From: Geopsychrobacteraceae bacterium
GTDB lineage: Bacteria; Desulfobacterota; Desulfuromonadia; Desulfuromonadales; Geopsychrobacteraceae
Direction: 5' to 3'
Length of the DNA stretch: 24,000 bases
Assembly (NCBI GenBank): GCA_963677135.2
Contig: CAXXLS010000009.1
Span: 74,834 to 98,833, forward strand
Positions 1-6,228 of the stretch are shown here, piece by piece. Below the pieces are notes generated by a model that was not told the origin of the DNA, did not search any database, and saw only the letters and a list, made by a program, of their open reading frames with translations. Within the stretch, counting starts at the first letter, position 1. Each line of letters starts with the position of its first letter. A program made the translations under genes and the position numbers.

Positions 1-229
1 CCAAGTGCACATTGCTCCAAGCCGGGAGCGGAATAAACTCGCATCTCGCCTCACATCCCAGCACCTTTCAAGAGCGGTGGCCCCAGGGTGGCGGCATGAA
101 AACCGCGCCATTAAGCTCATGTTTAAATTTACTAAATTGACACGAAAGATATCAACAATATCTTCCCAGGAGAGGGCCTTGAGGTGACAAAGCTGCCGTG
201 GATGCTGAACCGGTTCAAGGGGGAGGTCG

Positions 230-448
230 TCAGTCCTCTGCGATAAATTGAAACCGCGGAACCGGTACGCCGTCCTGTTCTTTCATGTCGAAAAACATGG
301 CAACCGGCCGCACCCAGAGGGAATAATCTCCGTACAGTGGCCGGTAGAGAACCAGTTCTTCTTCGGTTTCCGAGTGCCTGACGATATCAAGGACTTCATA
401 TTCCCTGCCCTTGAAGTGGCGATATTTCCCTGGCCTTATTGTTGTCAT
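230..448 (-). CDS. DUF1653 domain-containing protein
   Basis: The translation contains GKYRHFKGREYEV...HSETEEELVLYRPLYG...WVRP..MF, the pattern I recall for DUF1653. The ORF track starts at 472, but the internal ATG at 448 follows GGGGAGAAGGGA (GGAG about 6 nt upstream). The 472 start has no Shine-Dalgarno sequence. Confidence 0.8.
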   Translation of the reverse strand: MTTIRPGKYRHFKGREYEVLDIVRHSETEEELVLYRPLYGDYSLWVRPVAMFFDMKEQDGVPVPRFQFIAED

Positions 449-629
449 TCCCTTCTCCCCTGCGGTGAGCATGTCTTCATCAAATGTGACTTTTTACCGG
501 GACCCGGCCTCCCCGGTACGGATCCGAAAAGGACCCCTCGCGGGAAATCTGCCAACCCGCTTGCACTCATCCTCAGCGGGCCCTCCATTTGATTATTTCT
601 TTACTTTATTTCACGTCTCCCCGCAGAAT

Positions 630-986
630 ATGGTCATGAAACTCGCGCGCCCCAAGTCAATTCGCCAGCAAAAATCCTTTTTTGGGTTCCTCGTTATTCT
701 GACCGCGATCGGTCTCTTTTCTGCGACCGGCCCGGTGCTCCGCACCTGGTCAGGGATGCTGATCATGTCCGTGCTCGCCCTGCTTTCCCTCGCCACGGTT
801 ACTGCCCTGTGGATGGTTCTCAATTTTCGCCTGCAATCCCAGAAGCGGGCCAACCTGCACATCTATCGCATGCAACTGATGAAAAACCTGAACATCATCC
901 AGGTGGACAACGGTGGCCTGGTAGACAGGAAGGGCAAACCCATAGCCTCCCGTTGTGCAAAGAAAGCTAAAAATCCCGCGGATTAA
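630..986 (+). CDS. hypothetical small membrane protein (two predicted hydrophobic helices)
   Basis: This is the distal part of ORF 411..986. From the ATG at 630 the codons show strong G/C third-position bias. Two hydrophobic stretches are present (FFGFLVILTAIGLFSATGPV and MLIMSVLALLSLATVTALWMVL). I recognise no family, and the RBS is weak. Confidence 0.5.
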   Translation: MVMKLARPKSIRQQKSFFGFLVILTAIGLFSATGPVLRTWSGMLIMSVLALLSLATVTALWMVLNFRLQSQKRANLHIYRMQLMKNLNIIQVDNGGLVDRKGKPIASRCAKKAKNPAD

Positions 987-1024
987 ACCCACCATCCTCC
1001 CGGCGGTCCTGGCAGCCATTCACT

Positions 1025-2416
1025 CTATGGTGCTTCGATCCTTTTTCCGACCCGCCCCAGGGAACAACCGATACCGATCACGCACAGGCCACAGAAAACC
1101 AGCAGGGCGAAATGCATGCTCTTTAAAAATGCCGGCTGGGTTTCTGCCGTCACCTCCTGCCCATGCATCAGGAAGGAGAAGACCAGGGTGATGATCATCA
1201 TGCTCGACACCATGCCGAGAGTCCGCATGCTGGCATTGAGCCCTGAGGCAACGCCCAGGTAGCGCGGCTCGACGCTCCCCATGATCATACTGGTGTTGGG
1301 CGAAGAGAACAGGGCAAACCCCAACCCCATGAAAACCAGCAATACCAGCACCTGGGCAAACGAGGATGAAGCCGACAGGAATGCGGCCACACTAAGCCCG
1401 CAGGCACACAAAGCCATACCGGTCGTCGCCACCAGGGACGCGGGAATCCGATCGGACAGGCGGCCGCAAAGAGGGGAAAAGATGGTTTGGACGATAGGCT
1501 GGACGATCAGCACGGTGCCGGCCTGCTGAGGGCCCAACCCTTTGACATACTGCAGGTAGAGACTCATGAAAAAGGTCACCCCGAAGGTCGCCGCATAGTT
1601 GAACAGCGCGGCCAGGTTGCTGAGGGCAAAAACCCGGTTTTCACTGAGCAGCCTGATATTGAGCAGCGGATAGGGGGTGCGGCGCTCCTGACGCAGAAAC
1701 AGGACAAAACCGATATTGGCGATGACGACCAGGCCCCAGGCCCACCAGCCGTGCCCCAGGGTAGCCACCCCGGAGACCAGCAGCATGACCGAAAATCCGT
1801 AGACCAGAGCGCCGCGCAGGTCAAAAGGTTCTCCTGAGGCTGGGGCCCACTCTCCCCTGATCTTGAAAGAGGTCACCAGCCAGGTTGACAAGCCCAGGGG
1901 GATAAGCAGATAGAACAGTGAGCGCCAGCCGAACCAGGCAACCAGGTAACCGCCGAAAAAGGGGCCGCAGGAGATCCCGGCGTAGACGCTGGCGACCGCG
2001 ATCCCCAGAGCTTTGCCGCGATCTTTGAGAGGAAAAACCGTGACCACGATCGCCATCGTGGTCGCCATCACCATTGCGCCGCCGACACCCTGAAGAAATC
2101 TCATCAAGATAACAGCTTCAACAGACCAGGCTTGCGATATGGCTGCACCGGAAAAAGTAAATATCAACAAGCCGGCCTGAAAAATCCGCCGCCGCCCATG
2201 AATGTCGCCGAAACGACCCATGGCCAGGAGAAAAATTGCGGAAGACAGGGCATAAGTGGTCTCGACCAGACCCAGCTGCATGGCGGTGGCGGAAAACTCC
2301 CGCCCCATGACCGGCAGGGCCACCCCCACCGATGACATCATGAACGGCATCAGGAAGTGGGCAATACAGACCGCAAACAGGATGGCCGTCCGTGATGACG
2401 CGTCGTCCTGGGTCAT
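1025..2416 (-). CDS. MFS transporter, DHA2/EmrB-like drug:H+ antiporter type
   Basis: The 463-aa protein is hydrophobic throughout. The MGRFGDIHGRRRIF loop matches the MFS motif A position, and the length fits 14-TMS DHA2 proteins. Its ATG overlaps the upstream S1 gene stop (ATGA at 2413-2416). Confidence 0.88.
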   Translation of the reverse strand: MTQDDASSRTAILFAVCIAHFLMPFMMSSVGVALPVMGREFSATAMQLGLVETTYALSSAIFLLAMGRFGDIHGRRRIFQAGLLIFTFSGAAISQAWSVEAVILMRFLQGVGGAMVMATTMAIVVTVFPLKDRGKALGIAVASVYAGISCGPFFGGYLVAWFGWRSLFYLLIPLGLSTWLVTSFKIRGEWAPASGEPFDLRGALVYGFSVMLLVSGVATLGHGWWAWGLVVIANIGFVLFLRQERRTPYPLLNIRLLSENRVFALSNLAALFNYAATFGVTFFMSLYLQYVKGLGPQQAGTVLIVQPIVQTIFSPLCGRLSDRIPASLVATTGMALCACGLSVAAFLSASSSFAQVLVLLVFMGLGFALFSSPNTSMIMGSVEPRYLGVASGLNASMRTLGMVSSMMIITLVFSFLMHGQEVTAETQPAFLKSMHFALLVFCGLCVIGIGCSLGRVGKRIEAP

Positions 2417-3618
2417 TTGCGCTTGTTCCGCTCTTTTTTCTGCTGGCTGGCCTTGAGCAGATCGCCCAGGGTCCCCATCCCTGAAGAAACAGGTTTGTCG
2501 GAATAACTGGTCTCCATCACCTCTTCGTCCGCATTGCCGGCCAGGGCCAGACTGATACGGCGTTCCGCCAGGTCGACCTTTTCAATCACGACATTGAGGC
2601 TCTGTCCCACCGTCAGCACATCCTGGGGATGGCGGACGCGCTGCCCCCCTTCCCCCAGTTTGGAGATATGCAGCAGACCGTCGACGCCATCCTCCAGGGT
2701 GACAAAGGCGCCGAACTGAGCCAGGCGGCTGACTTTGCCCGAATACTGGCCACCCGCCTTGTAGATGGTTCCGACCTTGCTCCAGGGATCGGCCAGGGTA
2801 TCGCGCAGGCTGAAGGAGAACTTGTTGTTCTCCCAATCGATCTTTTTAATGGCGACCTCGATCTGCTGGCCAACGTGGAGCACGTCATTGACATCTTCGA
2901 TACGGCCGTAGCTGATCTCGGAAATGGGCAACAGCCCTTCAATGCCGCCGATATCCACGAAGGCCCCGAAATTGAGGATATTGGTGACTTCCCCCGTGAC
3001 GACCATGCCCTCTTTGAGACTCTTGCGCAGACTTTCGCGCTGCTGCTGGCGTTCCTCGTCAAGCAGCTGGCGGTGGGACACGACGATATTGCGACCGCGT
3101 TCACTGAACTGGGTAATCTTGAATGACAGGCTGGTCCCGATCAGGTCGGCCGGTTCCCCCTGGCGGATGCCGGTCTGGGAGAAAGGGCAGAACGCCCTGA
3201 TATTTCCGGCCAGCTTGACTTCAAAGCCTCCCTTGATCTCTTTTTCAATGCGCCCCTCGACAGGGATGCCGCTCTGATAGGCATTCTCCAACTGTTCGGT
3301 TCCGGAACCGCTGCCGCCGACCTTGGTCGTAAAACGCAGCTCGCCGCCACTGCGAGACAGGAAAAAGACCGCAATTCTGTCACCAGCCTGGAACTGGGGC
3401 TCGCCCTCGGCATTCAGCAGTTCGGCTGTTGCCAGCACCCCTTCACCTTTCTGACCGACATCGAGAAAGCTCCAGTCCTTGCCGATCTGCAGCAAGGTCC
3501 CTTCGATCTTCTGCCCCGGTTCGAGCTGCTGTCCGACCCCCGACAGGCTGGCTTCGAACATGGCTGCAAAATCTTCTTCCTCTGCGCTGAACTCGTCGTC
3601 TCTGAAATCGTCACTCAT
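2413..3618 (-). CDS. S1 RNA-binding domain protein (four S1 domains, acidic N-terminus, basic C-terminal tail)
   Basis: Four S1-like segments are visible, for example GMVVTGEVTNILNFGAFVDIGGIEGLLPISEIS and GGQYSGKVSRLAQFGAFVTLEDGVDGLLHISKLG. I placed the start at the ATG at 3618 (MSDDFRDDEF), which follows GAGGA. The track start at 3681 has no RBS. Confidence 0.85.
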   Translation of the reverse strand: MSDDFRDDEFSAEEEDFAAMFEASLSGVGQQLEPGQKIEGTLLQIGKDWSFLDVGQKGEGVLATAELLNAEGEPQFQAGDRIAVFFLSRSGGELRFTTKVGGSGSGTEQLENAYQSGIPVEGRIEKEIKGGFEVKLAGNIRAFCPFSQTGIRQGEPADLIGTSLSFKITQFSERGRNIVVSHRQLLDEERQQQRESLRKSLKEGMVVTGEVTNILNFGAFVDIGGIEGLLPISEISYGRIEDVNDVLHVGQQIEVAIKKIDWENNKFSFSLRDTLADPWSKVGTIYKAGGQYSGKVSRLAQFGAFVTLEDGVDGLLHISKLGEGGQRVRHPQDVLTVGQSLNVVIEKVDLAERRISLALAGNADEEVMETSYSDKPVSSGMGTLGDLLKASQQKKERNKRK

Positions 3619-3975
3619 GACCCAATCCTCTTTGTTGACTGGTTTTCCTTCTGAAAACCTGGCCGCAGACACCCGGAACATCCGAAGCTCCGCAACCGGA
3701 TAAAAAGGGAAAGATTAGCCCTTTTCAGAGAGAGAGTAAATGGAGAGATTGGTATTTTATCTGAAAAATGCCGCTGGCATTTTGATAAATGAAAAAATAG
3801 ACATTCAAGCCGGGCAGCGGCTTTGCGGTTCTGCCCGTTGATGCGTCAGCATCCGGGCGGGCTCTCATGTGCTGGCGACAGCAATAAATCGCAGACGGAC
3901 TCAGTTGTCGTCAGTGTGTTTGACCTTCAAGGGCATTTTTGCTTCCTTTTGTTGCCCAGGACAAAAGGAAGCCGG

Positions 3976-4001
3976 CTGCCGGGCCGGGACCCGGCGGTTT
4001 T
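3976..4001 (+). terminator. terminator-like GC hairpin plus T4 (T1 of unit 1; equivalents at about 4439-4463 and 4894-4919, degenerate at 5354-5380)
   Basis: CTGCCGGG-ccggga-CCCGGCGG forms an 8-bp stem with one G-U pair, followed by TTTT. It is present in units 1-3. Confidence 0.45.
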
Positions 4002-4065
4002 GATGGTGCTTTAATGTTTTAACAGAAACAGTCAAAGACAAGGTCGCGGGGTCGCGCCCCCGCCC

Positions 4066-4123
4066 GGCGCCTTACTATTTGTCCCAGGCGGGCGACAAAT
4101 AGTAAGCACAAAACGCCCTTTTT
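4066..4123 (+). terminator. long hairpin plus T5 (T2 of unit 1; equivalents in units 2 and 3)
   Basis: CTTACTATTTGTC (4071-4083) pairs perfectly with GACAAATAGTAAG (4094-4106). GGCG/CGCC extends the stem across a bulge. TTTTT follows at 4119-4123. Confidence 0.45.
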
Positions 4124-4223
4124 ACATGTCCGGATGACGATCAGCAATTCCCAGTAGGGAGACATTCAGGCTGGCAACGACCCGGCCCACGCTGAGCAGG
4201 CTCAGCTAAAGGCCAGAACCACA

Positions 4224-4242
4224 AAAACACCAAAGGTGTTTT
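4224..4242. terminator. A-tract/hairpin/T-tract element at the unit 3' end (T3; equivalents at 3765-3783, 4685-4703, 5141-5159)
   Basis: The sequence is AAAACACC-aaa-GGTGTTTT here and AAAATGCC-gnt-GGCATTTT in the other copies. It is symmetric, so it could terminate transcription in either direction. The minus strand reads T5 after the stem. Confidence 0.5.
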
Positions 4243-4266
4243 GACCGTTGAAAAGACCCTCACCTC

Positions 4267-4723
4267 CAAGCCGCAAAGCGGCTTTACGGTTCTGCCCGTT
4301 TATGCGTCAGCATCCGGGCGGGTTGTCATGTGCTGGCGACAGCAATAAATCGCAGACGGACTCAGTTGTCGTCAGTGTGTTTGACCTTGATAAGATCTTT
4401 TTGGTTCGTTTTTCCATCGTTGGGAAAAATGAACCCGGCTGCCGGGCCGGGACCGGCGGTTTTGATCTTGCTTTAAGGTTTAAACAGATACAATCAAAGG
4501 CTAGACCGCGGGGTCGCGCCCCCGCCCGGCGCCTTACTATTTGTCCCAGGCGGGCGACAAATAGTAAGCACAAAGCGCCCTTTTTACATGTCCGGATGAC
4601 GATCAGCAATTCCCTGTTGGAGACATTCAAGCCAACAACGACCCGGCCCACGCTGAGCAGGCTCAGCTAAAGGCCAGAAACGCAAAAATGCCGTTGGCAT
4701 TTTGATAAATGATCTGTGATCTT
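4267..4723. repeat. array unit 2 (type B)
   Basis: It carries the B-type hairpin GGTTCGTTTTTCC/GGAAAAATGAACC at 4403-4435, in place of the A hairpin. The flanking sequence is conserved with units 1 and 3. Confidence 0.9.
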
Positions 4724-5183
4724 CAAGCCGCAAAGCGGCTTTGCGGTTCTGCCCGTTGATGCGTCAGCATCCGGGCGGGTTGTCATGTGCTGGCGACAGC
4801 AATAAATCGCAGACGGACTCAATTGTCGTCAGTGTGTTTGACCTTCAAGGGCATTTTTGCTTCCTTTTGTTGCCCAGGACAAAAGGAAGCCGGCTGCCGG
4901 GCCGGGACCCGGCGGTTTTGATGGTGCTTTAAGGTTTTAACAGAAACAGTCAAAGACAAGGTCGCGGGGTCGCGCCCCCGCCCGGCGCCTTACTATTTGT
5001 CCCAGGCGAGCGACAAATAGTCAGCACAAAGCGCCCTTTTTACATGTCCGGATGACGATCAGCAATTCCCAGTTGGAGACATTCAGGCTGGCAACGACCC
5101 GGCCCACGCTGAGCTGGCTCAGCGAAAGGCCAGAACCACAAAAATGCGGTTGGCATTTTGACAGAGGCAACATATTCAATTTC
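4724..5183. repeat. array unit 3 (type A)
   Basis: The A-type hairpin is at 4859-4890. The unit differs from unit 1 by a few substitutions, for example in the 13-bp stem at about 4990-5025 (AGTAAG to AGTCAG). Confidence 0.9.
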
Positions 5184-5423
5184 CAAGCCGCGCAGCGGCT
5201 TTGCGGTTCTGCCCGTTGATGCGTCAGCATCCGGGCGGGTTGTCATGTGCTGGCGACTGCAATAAATCGCAGACGGACTCAATTGTCGTCAGTGTGTTTG
5301 ACCTTGATAAGATCTTTTTGGTTCGTTTTTCCATCGTTGGGAAAAATGAACCCGGCTGCCGGGCCGGGACCCGGCGACCTTGATCTTGCTTTGCAGGTTT
5401 TTAACAAAAACAGTCAAAGACAG
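5184..5423. repeat. array unit 4 (type B, truncated after about 240 bp)
   Basis: The B-type hairpin is at 5320-5352. Homology to the other units ends after GTCAAAGACA at about 5423. Confidence 0.85.
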
Positions 5424-5529
5424 AACCACCGGAGCGACACCCGCAAGACACAAGCCTGTTTGCCTTTTTGAAATTCAATGGTATTTTCTAATTCTCAAAA
5501 AACATTATAACCCGTGAGGACATGTCACC

Positions 5530-6228
5530 ATGAAACCGACCAGCTGGCTGGAAAGTCTGAATTGTGCAATTGAGGGGATCCTCTGGGCGGCCCGCGGCGA
5601 GCGCCATGTCCGCTATCACCTGTCTGCCGCCCTGGCCGTGGTCTTTCTGGCCCTCTTCTTCAAGGTCTCGGCCATGGAGTTTTTTCTGCTGGTGCTGGCC
5701 GCCGTCATCGTCATCTTTGCCGAGCTGATGAACACCGCCATCGAGGCGGTCGTCGACCTGGTCACCGACGAATATCACGAGCTGGCGAAACGCGCCAAAG
5801 ATGTCGCTGCCGGAGCCGTCCTGGTGACCAGCATCGGAGCCATCGTCCTCGGTTACCTGGTCCTGTCAGGGCATATCTTCACTCTCTTCGACAGCCAACC
5901 GACCCTGATCCAGGAGCCCCGCGGCACGGTCCCCGTCGGCGCGCTGCTGATGGTCATTATCCTGGTTGTGCTGTTCAAGTCACGCTTCAACCACGGCACC
6001 CCGTTGCACGGCGGCATGCCCAGCGGCCATGCGGCCATCGCGTTTTCCATCGCCACCTCGACTCTGTTGCTGGGCGACAACCTGGTCATCGGCCTGCTGG
6101 TTCTGCTCCTGGCCCTGCTGGTCAGCCAGAGCCGCCTGCTGATGAAGATTCACACGCCGCGGGAAGTCTTCCTCGGGGCCCTGCTCGGCACCGCAGTGAC
6201 CCTTTTTACCCATCTGCTATTCAGCTAG
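5530..6228 (+). CDS. diacylglycerol/undecaprenol kinase (DgkA) fused to a PAP2 lipid phosphatase domain
   Basis: The N-terminal half has the DgkA signature ELMNTAIEAVVDLVTDEYHELAKRAKDVAAGAVL. The C-terminal half has PAP2 motifs PSGH and SRLLMKIHTPREV (SRx5Hx3E/D). GAGGA lies about 10 nt upstream of the ATG. Confidence 0.85.
   Translation: MKPTSWLESLNCAIEGILWAARGERHVRYHLSAALAVVFLALFFKVSAMEFFLLVLAAVIVIFAELMNTAIEAVVDLVTDEYHELAKRAKDVAAGAVLVTSIGAIVLGYLVLSGHIFTLFDSQPTLIQEPRGTVPVGALLMVIILVVLFKSRFNHGTPLHGGMPSGHAAIAFSIATSTLLLGDNLVIGLLVLLLALLVSQSRLLMKIHTPREVFLGALLGTAVTLFTHLLFS

Larger units (their letters stand above)
3806..4266. repeat. array unit 1 (type A)
   Basis: It is near-identical to unit 3. 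It carries the A-type hairpin GCTTCCTTTTGT/ACAAAAGGAAGC at 3941-3972. Confidence 0.9.
3764..5423. repeat. tandem array of ~460-bp non-coding units (partial B end, A, B, A, truncated B)
   Basis: The unit anchor CAAGCC recurs at 3806, 4267, 4724 and 5184, giving periods of 461, 457 and 460. A higher-order A+B period of 918/917 is also present. The array is intergenic, between the S1 gene and dgkA-PAP2. Confidence 0.95.

Noticed and set aside
5-187. ORF 5..187 (+), and a possible minus-strand ORF running off the left edge from about 112.
   Set aside because: I see no RBS and no recognisable family. The composition is Arg/Cys/Trp-rich and not protein-like, so the left 230 bp stay unassigned.
248-629. 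ORF 248..592 (+) and the first 73 codons of ORF 411..986 (+).
   Set aside because: Both lie antisense to, or overlap, the DUF1653 gene. Their composition is Pro/Arg/Ser-rich, as expected for shadow frames in GC-rich DNA.
2413-3618. S1-domain gene as the genuine ribosomal protein S1 (rpsA).
   Set aside because: It has only four S1 domains in about 401 aa, whereas proteobacterial RpsA has six. It also has atypical acidic and basic termini, and the usual rpsA neighbours (cmk, ihfB) are absent.
3823-5383. Track ORFs inside the repeat array: 3823..4014, 4248..4670, 4741..4932, 5201..5383 and 5247..5471 on the plus strand, and 4307..4651, 5021..5230 and 5040..5282 on the minus strand.
   Set aside because: They exist only because the DNA is repeated. 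The MRFCP... ORFs at 3823, 4741 and 5201 open on TTG (4248..4670 opens on ATG), and none of the starts I checked has an RBS. Stop positions differ between copies (MTISNSQ-stop in unit 1, 24 aa in unit 2, read-through in unit 3). The A/B difference preserves a hairpin, not a protein sequence.
3764-5423. Array as a CRISPR locus.
   Set aside because: The units are about 460 bp. There is no 25-40-bp repeat/spacer periodicity, and no cas genes are present in the window.
3764-5423. Array as tandem type I toxin-antitoxin loci, like the E. coli LDR or SIB long direct repeats.
   Set aside because: The unit size is similar. However, I found no small hydrophobic ORF with an RBS conserved across units on either strand.
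3764-5423. Array as clustered MITEs or IS remnants.
   Set aside because: The units are strictly head-to-tail. They lack terminal inverted repeats and target duplications at the unit borders. A genome-wide copy search is still needed to exclude this fully.
5469-5529. A sigma-70 promoter for dgkA-PAP2 (TTGAAA at 5469 and TATAAC near 5505).
   Set aside because: I could not pair a -35 and a -10 element at 16-18-bp spacing. There is not enough support to annotate a promoter.
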